Assembly: GCA_915275065.1 (NCBI GenBank)
Contig: CAJZGD010000001.1
Location: forward strand, 1-37,588
Direction of reading: 5' to 3'
DNA length: 37,588 nucleotides
From: an uncultured Corynebacterium sp.
Lineage (GTDB): Bacteria; Actinomycetota; Actinomycetes; Mycobacteriales; Mycobacteriaceae
Below are positions 1 through 9,550 of this stretch, one piece after another. The translations under genes were made by a program, and so were the position numbers. The notes under the pieces are model-generated. The model was not told the DNA's origin. It saw only the letters and a list, made by a program, of their open reading frames with translations, and searched no databases. How positions within the stretch are numbered: position 1 is the stretch's first letter; every line of letters begins with the position of its first letter.

Positions 1-761
1 CGCGCCTGCCGGTGGTGGTGATGATGGCGGGCAATCCGGGTTCGCCGGGGCAATGGTTTGGACCACTGAATGCCCAGGCAGCGCTGCAGAGTTTCCAGGC
101 TGCGCACCATGGGGTGGCACCAATCGTGTTTTCCATTGATGCCACCGGTTCGACCAACGGCAACCCGTTATGCATTGATGGCCCGGAATATAAGGTACAC
201 ACCTGGCTTGCCGACGACGTGCCAACCGGTATTAAGCGCATGTTCACCGTAGATAGTGACCAGAATCACTGGACCATTGGGGGGCTATCGTATGGGGGTA
301 CTTGTGCCCTTCAAGTGGTGACGAATTCGCCTAGCTCGTACGGTACTTTCATTAGTTATGCTGGTCAGGGCGAGCCCATATATAAGGACCATACGACTAC
401 TCTAAAAATGTTCTTCAATAATGACGAGGCAGCGTTTCAGGCCGTGAATCCTATGAATTTGTTACAACACCCTACTCCAGAGCGCCGGGCGAAATATCGA
501 CAGTTGGCCGGCTGGTTTATTGCTGGCACTGCCGATGAGCATTCGCAGCAGGCGCTTCGTCAGCTTCACGAGATTGCCCAGAATGCTGGGATTGATTCGC
601 GGTACACGGAGATTCCCGGTTCCCATACGGCCCGGGTGTGGCGGACGGGGTTTGGTCAAACATTGCCGTTTGCGGCGGCACGGGGTGGGCTCACTGCCGT
701 GGCCGACAAGGGCGCTGACAGCGGCGCCACCGCCGCTAGCACCAAGGGGCGGGCAGCATGA
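1..761 (+). CDS. Putative esterase (alpha/beta hydrolase), probably 5'-truncated by the window edge
   Basis: GLSYGG nucleophile elbow, GTAD and PGSHTARVW catalytic-like motifs. The frame runs from the window edge and its stop overlaps the next start (ATGA 758-761). Confidence 0.8.
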   Translation, partial: RLPVVVMMAGNPGSPGQWFGPLNAQAALQSFQAAHHGVAPIVFSIDATGSTNGNPLCIDGPEYKVHTWLADDVPTGIKRMFTVDSDQNHWTIGGLSYGGTCALQVVTNSPSSYGTFISYAGQGEPIYKDHTTTLKMFFNNDEAAFQAVNPMNLLQHPTPERRAKYRQLAGWFIAGTADEHSQQALRQLHEIAQNAGIDSRYTEIPGSHTARVWRTGFGQTLPFAAARGGLTAVADKGADSGATAASTKGRAA

Positions 762-3343
762 AATCGTTGACGCAGTCACTGCTGCCCCGGCGGCTTCGGA
801 AGACCAATAGGTCCCAGGATCGGGATGCCTCCGCCATGGACCAGGCAGCCGCCGCGGACACGGCAGCCACCAAGACGCCCGACAAAACTAACGCCGACCC
901 TGCGCCTGACAGCACCACCGACACCACCACAGCCCCCGGCGCCGCCTGGGCGAAACTACTTGCATACCTGCGGCATATGGCGTGGATTATTCGGGTGGCG
1001 CGCCGGGTGCCAATCACCTCGGCGTTGATTGTGGTGGCGTGGGTGATGTGGCTGTTGGCACGCAGCACTTCGCCGCAGCGGGCCTATGGGTTGACGTCGG
1101 ATATGGCGGGCCAGTCGTGGCGGTTTTTCACTTCCGGGTTGACGGAGAAGACGTTCCCGTCGTTGTTGATTGCCACGGTGGTGTTGGTGGTATTGGGGAG
1201 TGCCGCCGAATACATGTTGGGGAGCCGCCAGTATGTGGGGTTTAGCCTGGTTTTGCATGTGTTTTCGGTGATTGGCATGCTGGTGACCCGGGATGTGATG
1301 GTGGTGTGCCGGTCGTCGTGGGCGAAGTCGTGGTTGACTGAGCCGTTTTTGTCGCAGATTCCGTGGGTATTTGGGGTGGCGACGGTGGCGTCGTCCCATT
1401 TTGGTAGGTTGTGGCGGCGCCGCCTGTTGGTGGTGTTGTTGGTGATTACCGGGTCGATGGTGTTGTATTCGGGTTCTGCCGCGGATGTGGCTCGGTTGAT
1501 GGCGGTGGTTGCCGGTGCGGTGATGTCCCGGATGCCGGTGCGGGGGTCGTTGCGGCGGAGTTCGCTTCAGGAGTTTCGGCTGCTCATTGCCGCGGCGTTT
1601 GTGATGGTTTCTGCGGGCCCGTTGATGACGTCGGTGAATCCTGATTCTGATGCGCCATTGTCGCGGATTTACCTGCTCACGTGGGAGGAGAGCCCGGTGA
1701 CGGTGCGTGAGGCCGGGGTGTTGGGCGCGGTTTTTAATCTGGTGCCATTGATTATTGCGGTGGTGCTGTCGATCGGCTTGGCCCGAGGCCGGCGGATTGC
1801 CTGGTGGGGCGCCCAAGTGTTTTTATGGGCGACAATCGTGGGGTTGTTGTTTGAGGCGTTTCGGATTACGAAGCTGGAAACAGATATCCCTATCAAGGTG
1901 ATGGTTTCATATGGGTTGCTGACGGTGTTGCCATGGTTAGTGCTCATTGTGGTGTTGCTTATGTATTGGCGGGATTTCCGGGCGCCGGCGGAGCATGGTA
2001 CAGCAAAGTTGTTGATATTGCGTATTTCGTCGTTTGCGGTGTTGGTGTGTTGTTTGTGGGTTGGTAGCGTCATGGCGTTGCGGGATCATTTTGATCCGCA
2101 TGCGTCGCTACTAGGCACGATAAAGGCGTTGCGGGTGGTGTTATTGCCGCCGGTGTTGTCGAGGGTGTTTGTGGCGGATCTTCATCCGGCGGACCAGTTG
2201 GGCTGGTGGCTGGGGTTATGGCCGGGCCCGGTGTTGGGGATCGCGGTTGCGGTTTTCTTGTATATTGCGTGCCGGTCGACGCATGTGGAGTTGGGGGATG
2301 ATGCGAAGCATCAGCGGATGCAGCAGATTTTGACGACTGGTCGGGGTGGGGATCATTTGTCGTGGATGACGTTGTGGCCGGGCAATTTGGTGTGGGAGGC
2401 CAAGGATGGTGCTGGTTATGTGGCGTATCGGCTGCATTCGTCGACGGTGATTACGTTGGGTGAGCCGGTGGTGAATTCGGGTGATGCCACGGCCCAGTCG
2501 CTTGCTGATGAGTTTGGGAAGTTTGCGGAGCAGCAGGGGTGGACGTTGGCGTGGTATTCGGTGGGGGCGGAGTTTGCCGCGGGCCGGCCGGGCACTTCAA
2601 AGCTGCAGGTGGCTGAGGAGTCGATTGTGTCGACGGAGTTGGTGACGTTTCGGGGGAAGAAGTTTCAGGATGTGCGGACTGCCCGGAATCGTGCCGGTAA
2701 GGAGGGGATTCGGGCGGTGTGGACCACGTGGAATGATGCCGGCCCGATGATTCGTACCCAGATTCGAGCGTTGTCGGAGGAGTGGGTTTCGGATAAGTCG
2801 CTGCCGGAGATGGGGTTCACGTTGGGGAATCTTTCCACATTGCACGACCCGGAGGTGCGGTTGATGTTGGCGTTGGATGAGCACGATAATTTGCATGGGG
2901 TGACGAGTTGGTTGCCGGTGTATGAGCATGGGGCGCTTGCCGGATGGATGTTGGATTTCATGCGGCGGGATCCGACTGGGTTTAGGCCGGTGGTGGAGTT
3001 TTTGATTGCGGAAACGTTGGTGCAGGCCCATGAGGATGGTTTGGGCTGGATTTCTTTGTCGGGTGCACCATTGGCCCATGAGGCGTCTGGTGAGGAGAAT
3101 CCGCTGGATACGGTGACGGATGTGTTGGGTCGGACGTTGGAGCCGCTGTATGGGTTCCGTAGTTTGGCGTCGTTTAAGCGAAAATTTTTGCCAGAATATG
3201 CGCCGTGGTTCCTGGTGTATACCGACCCTGCGACTCTTCCAGCGATAGGATTAGCGGTGAGTGCTGCATATGTGCCAGACTTCTCGATCGCAGATATGCA
3301 GCGTGCTGCCCGACAATTACTTGCCGCCCGCAAGGAGGAATAA
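758..3343 (+). CDS. MprF/LysX-like membrane protein with a C-terminal phosphatidylglycerol lysyltransferase (DUF2156) domain
   Basis: 861 aa with a multi-TM N-terminus. The C-terminus has GKKFQDVRTARNRAGKEG, EMGFTLG, LDFMRR, SLSGAPLA and YGFRSLASFKRKF motifs. Confidence 0.85.
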   Translation: MKSLTQSLLPRRLRKTNRSQDRDASAMDQAAAADTAATKTPDKTNADPAPDSTTDTTTAPGAAWAKLLAYLRHMAWIIRVARRVPITSALIVVAWVMWLLARSTSPQRAYGLTSDMAGQSWRFFTSGLTEKTFPSLLIATVVLVVLGSAAEYMLGSRQYVGFSLVLHVFSVIGMLVTRDVMVVCRSSWAKSWLTEPFLSQIPWVFGVATVASSHFGRLWRRRLLVVLLVITGSMVLYSGSAADVARLMAVVAGAVMSRMPVRGSLRRSSLQEFRLLIAAAFVMVSAGPLMTSVNPDSDAPLSRIYLLTWEESPVTVREAGVLGAVFNLVPLIIAVVLSIGLARGRRIAWWGAQVFLWATIVGLLFEAFRITKLETDIPIKVMVSYGLLTVLPWLVLIVVLLMYWRDFRAPAEHGTAKLLILRISSFAVLVCCLWVGSVMALRDHFDPHASLLGTIKALRVVLLPPVLSRVFVADLHPADQLGWWLGLWPGPVLGIAVAVFLYIACRSTHVELGDDAKHQRMQQILTTGRGGDHLSWMTLWPGNLVWEAKDGAGYVAYRLHSSTVITLGEPVVNSGDATAQSLADEFGKFAEQQGWTLAWYSVGAEFAAGRPGTSKLQVAEESIVSTELVTFRGKKFQDVRTARNRAGKEGIRAVWTTWNDAGPMIRTQIRALSEEWVSDKSLPEMGFTLGNLSTLHDPEVRLMLALDEHDNLHGVTSWLPVYEHGALAGWMLDFMRRDPTGFRPVVEFLIAETLVQAHEDGLGWISLSGAPLAHEASGEENPLDTVTDVLGRTLEPLYGFRSLASFKRKFLPEYAPWFLVYTDPATLPAIGLAVSAAYVPDFSIADMQRAARQLLAARKEE

Positions 3344-3972
3344 TGGCTTTGTTCGACTGGATTCCGCGGTTGGATCCGCGTAAGGCGTTGCCGTCATCGA
3401 CTGGTACTAGTGGTATACCTGTGGTGTTGCTGCATGGCGCATATAGCACCCCGAAAGCGTTTGGGGCGTTGGCCGCGGCGTTGAATGAGGTAGGGCGGCC
3501 GTTTATAGCCCCCGATTATGCGCATTATGGTACTGGTGCGTTTGTCGACGGCCTTCGGGAGGTGACGACGATTTGTGAGGGATTCCGGTCGTTTGACATA
3601 GTGGGCCATTCGTTTGGTGGGATTATAGGGTTGCAGTTGGCGCGGCAGCCGGAGTTTGCGGGGAAGGTGTCGACGATCATTGGTTTGGGCACGCCATGGC
3701 GGGGGTTGCCGACGAAGGGGAAGCACATGGTGAAGTTGTTTGGGCAGGCGTATGAGGATTTGCGGGGCCCGTTTGAGGTGGATGATGTGGATCCTGGCAT
3801 TAAGGTGTATTCGGTGATTTCCACGGCGGATAAGACAGTGAATCCGAAGTTTTCCCAGTTTGGGGAGGTTATAGTGTTGGATGGTTCGGTGGCGCATGCG
3901 GCGTTGCCGAAGGAAGCGAAGGTGATTACGTCGCTGTTGGAGGAGGCCGAGTTGGCCCGGGGGCCACAATAG
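3343..3972 (+). CDS. Small alpha/beta hydrolase (lipase/esterase)
   Basis: ATG at 3343 is coupled by TAATG and preceded by AAGGAGG. Motifs: PVVLLHG, IVGHSFGG (GxSxG), GTPWRG, D-KTV and a C-terminal His. Confidence 0.85.
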   Translation: MALFDWIPRLDPRKALPSSTGTSGIPVVLLHGAYSTPKAFGALAAALNEVGRPFIAPDYAHYGTGAFVDGLREVTTICEGFRSFDIVGHSFGGIIGLQLARQPEFAGKVSTIIGLGTPWRGLPTKGKHMVKLFGQAYEDLRGPFEVDDVDPGIKVYSVISTADKTVNPKFSQFGEVIVLDGSVAHAALPKEAKVITSLLEEAELARGPQ

Positions 3973-4361
3973 GCTTCGCTAGTCGACGATAGGCGCTGCG
4001 GTAGGGCCCGATTTGCTGCCGCAAGGTCGTCGACAAGCATAGTTTTTTATGGTATCTAAGCTGTGCAATTCGCCATGCAGCGTCCGCATGCTTGACGACG
4101 CCCAAAGGTTTGAGAACTTATGGGATATCAGCTATTTTTGCGATTTTTGAATGACCGCCACACATGCTTGCGTCATGAATATTCTTGACATTCATGCCCT
4201 CAATATGAGTAGCACCCCCTAGTGAGGGAATGTGTTCTGTGTCGCAGCAAAAAAATCTGCTCTACTATTTTTATGCGACTTACAAGCCATTAGTTCAATT
4301 GGCGATATCTAACCCAGTCCAAATAAACTTTATCTATCAATCTCTTTGACATCCATATAGC

Positions 4362-4649
4362 GTGACTGACATGCTCAACATCATGGGAAGTAGATCAAGA
4401 AATGACGTTGGAGCGTTTGGAAAAATCGTCGCCGAGATCCTTAACGACGCACGATTAAACCACAATGTTTCGCAACTTCAACTTCAAGAATCCACAGGTA
4501 TTTCCCAATCCCAGCTATCAAAGCAATTACGCGGAATTCGGGCAATTAACCTTGATGAGCTTGAGGCAATCTGCGCCACGTTATCAATATCTGTAAAAGA
4601 AGTTCTTATCCTTGCAGAGGCAAAACTCGACGCCACCCGGAAGACATAA
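4362..4649 (+). CDS. XRE-family helix-turn-helix transcriptional regulator
   Basis: SQLQLQESTGISQSQLSKQLRGIRAINLDELEAIC is a Cro/C1-type HTH pattern. The start could instead be ATG 4371. Confidence 0.8.
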   Translation: MTDMLNIMGSRSRNDVGAFGKIVAEILNDARLNHNVSQLQLQESTGISQSQLSKQLRGIRAINLDELEAICATLSISVKEVLILAEAKLDATRKT

Positions 4650-5197
4650 TGAAGCCCTTGAAGCCCCCATATTCACAGCCCCTCGACACGATAAATTACG
4701 GAAGGTTCTCGTGGATAATCAGCCCAATAATTCATAGGATAAATTTATTTAACGCCACACTTATATGGCGGTCGTCTTATATAAATTCATAAATGAAATT
4801 CGCTACCATTAACACCGACATGTGGGCTTTGCCATAATAATCCGGGGGTGTTTTTCAAAACTCTTCCAGTACGTTAGGCCGATTCGGCAACACCCCGCCC
4901 CGCATGCCACCCCCGACGAATCCGCATGACGCATCGTTACAGTAGTACACAATTTATCCTCGCCTTCGGAGGATCACTCCTCTTCCTTGCTACCGTCTCG
5001 GTCCGACTGCCCCGATTATTCCCGGCAGACCTGATAGGTGCGGCACTCGCCGGATTGGGGGCAACGTTTCAGGGAGTGATCCGTATGGTGTCGCTGGACC
5101 TCATAGGCGCGCCGCAAGGCACATCGGTGGATACTGTAGTAGCTATCTCCTCCTTTGAGTCGCCAATAAGCCCGTTTCACCACCCAAGCCATCAAAA

Positions 5198-5475
5198 GGG
5201 TTGCCCCGTGTGCCCAAGATAGATAGCATCCCGACACTGGTCAAAGGCACCAATCTGAACAAGAGGGAAATACTGGCCACTAATCCAGACGTGGTGCTTT
5301 CATCCAATGGCAAACAGGTTGAAGATACCCTCGCCGTTGATGCCCCATGATAAAGATGGGCTTCCAAAACTTCGAAGACTTACAACACACCATCAAGATT
5401 ACTGCCGACGGCATTGGGACGAATAAAGCCAAAAACCTGGCCCAAGAATTCTCCGCCTACCCAGCGACTGAATAA
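5198..5475 (+). pseudogene. Fragment of an iron-siderophore/cobalamin-type ABC substrate-binding protein
   Basis: Manual translation gives PKIDSIPTLVKGTNLNKREILATNPDVVLSS...DAP*, then in a shifted frame MIKMGFQNFEDLQHTIKITADGIGTNKAKNLAQEFSAY. This resembles FecB/BtuF-type proteins. It has no start or signal peptide. Confidence 0.5.
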
Positions 5476-5508
5476 GCTTCTCTGAAAGCACATATCTGGT
5501 GCGGTAAT

Positions 5509-6195
5509 GTGACATGCATGTCTATCCGCCACCCTGCACTACGTGAAATGTATGGGAAATTAGCCAACCACCACACAGTAATTTTCCTTGATGAGAGCTA
5601 TCGTGAACCCGTCCAACAATCAGAAGAAGAAGAAGGTTATTATATTATTGCTGGTTCAATGCTGAAGAAAGACAACCTAGAAGGCACACGCCTACAATTA
5701 CAAGAAATTGTAGGCGACAACTATTTCCATACCACCAAAGCGCTGCAAACCGCTAATGGGACAAAAATCGTTCAATCTTTACTCCAACAATGCCAGGAGT
5801 GGAATGACAACCACATTCTGGTCATAAATACCCAACTCACACCAGGGTGCAACATAGAGCATGCCCGACAGCAATGCTTAAGAAGGCTTATTGTAGACCT
5901 GAAAACAGACACCCGCGCAATCGTCTTTGAAAAACGACAACACAGCAAAGAAAACAATTCCGACGAAGCACTAATAAAAACGCTCCGTCAAGCCAAAGCA
6001 CTATCTGACCAGACACGAACCATGTGGGTATCACCATCAGATGAAAAACTACTATGGTTACCCGATTTAGTAGCAATGGCCTATCGACGCACCATTACCC
6101 ACACCAATGAAACTAGTTTGTTATTCCCTCAATATCTACAACAATCCACCACTATTATCCCCATCACCTACCAAGATAATCCCCTAGAAAATTGA
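5509..6195 (+). CDS. DUF3800-like (RNase H-fold) protein
   Basis: N-terminal IFLDES, YYIIAG, FHTT, IVFEKR and C-terminal LLWLPDLVAMAY match the DUF3800-type pattern as recalled. Codon usage is AT-rich and the start is uncertain. Confidence 0.6.
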   Translation: MTCMSIRHPALREMYGKLANHHTVIFLDESYREPVQQSEEEEGYYIIAGSMLKKDNLEGTRLQLQEIVGDNYFHTTKALQTANGTKIVQSLLQQCQEWNDNHILVINTQLTPGCNIEHARQQCLRRLIVDLKTDTRAIVFEKRQHSKENNSDEALIKTLRQAKALSDQTRTMWVSPSDEKLLWLPDLVAMAYRRTITHTNETSLLFPQYLQQSTTIIPITYQDNPLEN

Positions 6196-6278
6196 AAGGC
6201 CCCCATCGGCCGCAGCACTCAGGGAGCCGAGACATACACGGACTGGGGATTTAAGTTCCCAGAAGAAGTATGCTCCTT
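6196..6278 (+). ncRNA. Candidate structured RNA immediately downstream of the DUF3800-like gene
   Basis: GC-richer patch in AT-rich DNA with complementary segments: CCCCA 6201-6205/TGGGG 6244-6248, GGAG..CATAC 6223-6237/GTATGCTCC 6268-6276, and CTGGG/CCCAG. Confidence 0.3.
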
Positions 6279-6823
6279 ACACATAATGGTAGCAGCGCAA
6301 GCAGAACACACAGTTTCCACATTGCCTAAACTTCGGCGCAATAAGAAAATCAAAAACATTGGATCACGCCGAAGCCCCCAATGGGTTCTTACGGATAACT
6401 CTTAAATCAGTGCAGGTCAGGCTTTTTTGAAAAATGGGATGATTTCCGACCAGTTTCGGTCAAATTCACCCCATTTTTGCCAAAATAAACCCCATTTCTG
6501 CTGGTCATCCTTTTTTGCAGAAGGTGTCAATTCTTGACAGCTTCAAAAAAGAAAATCGGTATTGGTGCAGTTCAGGCTTTTTTAGCGTCAAAAACGGACA
6601 AATAGAGACACCACTACAAATTTTCCATAATTTACATATTTTATTCTCATATTTTACACTTCGTATACACCATGGGCTTCCCTACTAAAACAAAACCCTA
6701 CAAATAGCGGACCATGGAATAGTAAAAACCTAAGCAATATACTATGTAAAACTAGGCTATAATGAGGAAATCTGCTATTACCAGGCAAAACCTCATCCAC
6801 TCGTGATAGATAAGGAGTCGCAC

Positions 6824-7099
6824 ATGACTGACCAAGAGAAAATAGCCTATTTAGAGCAAGCACTCCGGGAGAAGGATCACGAGCTCATGCGGGCCCGGCA
6901 GGAGTTTTCCGGCCAGATTGCCGCCAATAATCTGGGGGACGCCTCGCTGCGGCACAGGATAGAGCTAGCAGAACAAGAACTAGGGTTTATGCGGCAACAA
7001 CTCGCCGACAAGGATGCCGAAATCGACCGGCTCACCAAGGTGGTCGACACGTTGCAGGCCGCCATCACCACGTTGAATGGTTCCGGCGCGGGCGCATAG
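6824..7099 (+). CDS. Small coiled-coil hypothetical protein
   Basis: AAGGAG RBS before ATG 6824. The 91-aa product is heptad-rich and GC content returns to the host level. Confidence 0.7.
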   Translation: MTDQEKIAYLEQALREKDHELMRARQEFSGQIAANNLGDASLRHRIELAEQELGFMRQQLADKDAEIDRLTKVVDTLQAAITTLNGSGAGA

Positions 7100-7108
7100 C
7101 ACAACAAA

Positions 7109-7142
7109 CCCCCAGTTCACATCGTACGATGCAAGCTGGGGG
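7109..7142. terminator. Hairpin between the convergent coiled-coil gene and tRNA
   Basis: CCCCCAGTT-CACATCG-TA-CGATG-CA-AGCTGGGGG imperfect inverted repeat. Confidence 0.55.
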
Positions 7143-7152
7143 CCCTGATCTG

Positions 7153-7237
7153 CGGAAGCGGGGGGATTTGAACCCCCGGATAGTTTCCTATCGCTGGTTT
7201 TCAAGACCAGTGCATTCGGCCGCTCTGCCACACTTCC
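7153..7237 (-). tRNA. tRNA-Ser (anticodon UGA)
   Basis: Minus strand GGAAGTG...CTGGT-CTTGAAA-ACCAG, long variable arm, GGTTCAAATCC T-arm and CGCTTCC-G acceptor. CCA is not encoded. Confidence 0.96.
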
Positions 7238-7282
7238 CTATGACAAGGAAAGATTACCAAAAAGTCGGTACGCTGTAAAAGC

Positions 7283-8254
7283 ATGAAAGCGATAGTTGTT
7301 ACGGCTGATAAAACCTTGGAATTGGCCGAGGTCCCCGCCCCACAATTGCGGGCCGGGGAGGTGCTCGTCAAGGTCCATGCGACCGGGGTGAACCGGGCAG
7401 ATTTATTGCAGGCCGCGGGCTATTACCCGCCCCCACCAGGCGAATCAGAGATCATGGGGTTGGAGTGCGCCGGCGAAATCGTGGATGCTGGCGATACCGA
7501 CCGTCAGGTTGGTGAGAAGGTTGCGTGTCTCTTGGCGGGCGGGGGCTACGCCGAATATGTGGCGGTGCCGGCCGGCCAACTGCTGCCCATTCCTGAAGGA
7601 TATTCCTATGAACAGGCGGCCGCGGTGGTTGAGGTGGCGGCCACGGTGTGGTCAAATCTGGGCATGCTCACCGGGTTGGCGGCGGGCCAGACCGTCCTGA
7701 TTCATGGGGGCGCGGGCGGGATTGGCACGTTTGCTATCCAATTGGCGAAGCATTTGGGAGCACAGGTGGCGGTCACCGCTGGTAGCGTCGAAAAGCTTGA
7801 AGCTTGTCGACGCCTAGGCGCAGACATCCTCATTAATTATCGGGAGGAAAACTTCGCCGACGTGCTCAAGAACCGGTGCGACCGGATTCTCGACATCATT
7901 GGGGCGAAATATCTGGATCAGAACGTGACCGCGTTGGCGCCGGACGGGCACATGGTCATCATTGGGATGCAGGGCGGGGTCAAGGGCGAGCTCAATATTG
8001 GCAAGCTGCTGGCCAAACGCGGCACGATTTCGGCGACGGCGCTTCGGGCCCGCAGCCACGATGACAAGGCCCGAATCGTGGCGGACACCATCGAACATGT
8101 GTGGCCGCTGCTTGCCGACGGCACCATCACGCATCAGCTGCACGCCACTCTTCCGCTTGCCGACGCTGCCCGCGCCCACGAACTGCTCCGCAGCGGTGCC
8201 GTCACCGGAACCCTAGTTTTGAACGTTTGTTCGAACGAGGCATCAAAAGGTTAA
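7283..8254 (+). CDS. NAD(P)H-quinone oxidoreductase (zeta-crystallin/PIG3 family)
   Basis: [30 protein letters not shown] and IHGGAGGIG motifs. Confidence 0.92.
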   Translation: MKAIVVTADKTLELAEVPAPQLRAGEVLVKVHATGVNRADLLQAAGYYPPPPGESEIMGLECAGEIVDAGDTDRQVGEKVACLLAGGGYAEYVAVPAGQLLPIPEGYSYEQAAAVVEVAATVWSNLGMLTGLAAGQTVLIHGGAGGIGTFAIQLAKHLGAQVAVTAGSVEKLEACRRLGADILINYREENFADVLKNRCDRILDIIGAKYLDQNVTALAPDGHMVIIGMQGGVKGELNIGKLLAKRGTISATALRARSHDDKARIVADTIEHVWPLLADGTITHQLHATLPLADAARAHELLRSGAVTGTLVLNVCSNEASKG

Positions 8255-8262
8255 TCGAACAT

Positions 8263-9483
8263 TTATGCGAGTGATGCGAGGACTCGGATGAGCTGATCTA
8301 CGTCGTGGGTGGTGTTATATAGCCCCAGGCCCACCGTGATCGCCCCATCGGTGTCCTCCAAGCCCATGGCCGACAGCAATGGATCCGGCTTCGCCACCGT
8401 GGTGACCAGACGATTATCTATGAGCCGGCGGCGGATTGTCGACGCCGGAATCCCCGGAATGCAAAAGGTCACCCGGGGAACCCGAGTGGCCGTCGACCCG
8501 TAGGCAATCTCGCCCGTCACGCCAAACACATGCAGCCGAGTCATGCTGCTCAACGAGTCCGCCAGATAGTCGGCCATGCGACGCAGATACAGGCCAGCCT
8601 CAAACAGGCTGGTTTCCAGCCGCTGCCGCCGGGAGCCGTGATCCTGCTCCACCAACCCAGCAAGGTGTTCCACGGCGGCAGGCAGCCCAGCAACGAAGCC
8701 TGGGGCCACATCCTCAAGGAACGCGGCCATGTCGATGCGGGGGAACATGGAGGTGTCCCGGAACGCCAACGCGGCCACCTGGGGGGCGCCAATGGCCGTG
8801 CAGTCCACGATCACCATGTCCACCCCCAGGTCATCTATAGTGATCGGCGAGAATCCCGCCAACGCGGTGGCGTCGACAAGCACCCAGGCCCGGGAATGCT
8901 CCCGAACGTTTTCGGAAATCTGGGACACGTCATTCACCGTGCCTACCTGGGGATGCACGGCCGATAACGTCACCAACCGCGTGTCACCGGTGACGAGATT
9001 CGTATACTGCCATGCCGGCACTTCACCGGTCCCCAAATCCGGCTCAGCATAGGCGATATCGTCGTTGGTGAGTTGATGAGTATCTGCCCGCGACGCCAAA
9101 AGCTGGCCGCGACGCAGCACGGGCCGAAGCGCAGTATCCAACCGCTGGTAAAGAACATCAATGCTGGGCGCAAGAATCACGGCATTAGCAGTTGTGCCAG
9201 TGAGATCGGCGACCGCCTGCCGCGCGGCCTTCATTTGCGACTCAGCCCCCAGCCTCCCCATTTCGGGGGCAACGGAATGACTACCGTGATTACCCGTATA
9301 GGGCTCCACATATTCTACAACCGGCGCTTGACGGAATCCGCGGGCCACCGCAGACGACACTCGTTCGGGGATTTGCGGCTGGGCATGAGCGGACAAATAC
9401 GTCCAACCGTCGCCTAATGACGTGTACAAACCACGCACTCGCGCTACGTCAAAGACCATCTGGGACTCCTTCAGCATGTCCAT
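8263..9483 (-). CDS. Class-V aminotransferase / cysteine desulfurase-like protein (Rv3778c-like)
   Basis: FDVARVRGLYTSLGDGWTYL N-terminus, VLVDAT, and GLGLYNTTHDVDQL C-terminus. It has the usual position next to wzm. Confidence 0.85.
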   Translation of the reverse strand: MDMLKESQMVFDVARVRGLYTSLGDGWTYLSAHAQPQIPERVSSAVARGFRQAPVVEYVEPYTGNHGSHSVAPEMGRLGAESQMKAARQAVADLTGTTANAVILAPSIDVLYQRLDTALRPVLRRGQLLASRADTHQLTNDDIAYAEPDLGTGEVPAWQYTNLVTGDTRLVTLSAVHPQVGTVNDVSQISENVREHSRAWVLVDATALAGFSPITIDDLGVDMVIVDCTAIGAPQVAALAFRDTSMFPRIDMAAFLEDVAPGFVAGLPAAVEHLAGLVEQDHGSRRQRLETSLFEAGLYLRRMADYLADSLSSMTRLHVFGVTGEIAYGSTATRVPRVTFCIPGIPASTIRRRLIDNRLVTTVAKPDPLLSAMGLEDTDGAITVGLGLYNTTHDVDQLIRVLASLA

Positions 9484-9550
9484 AATTAACCTTTTAATAA
9501 TATGCCTACCGTATCCATTGTGCGCACAGAGACCACTAAGCTAGAAATCT

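Noticed and set aside
4650..6410. att-like direct repeats (GAAGCCCCCA...GGTTCT..GGATAA at about 4660-4720 and 6371-6400)
   Set aside because: The similarity is short and gapped and is unrelated to the tRNA 3' end.
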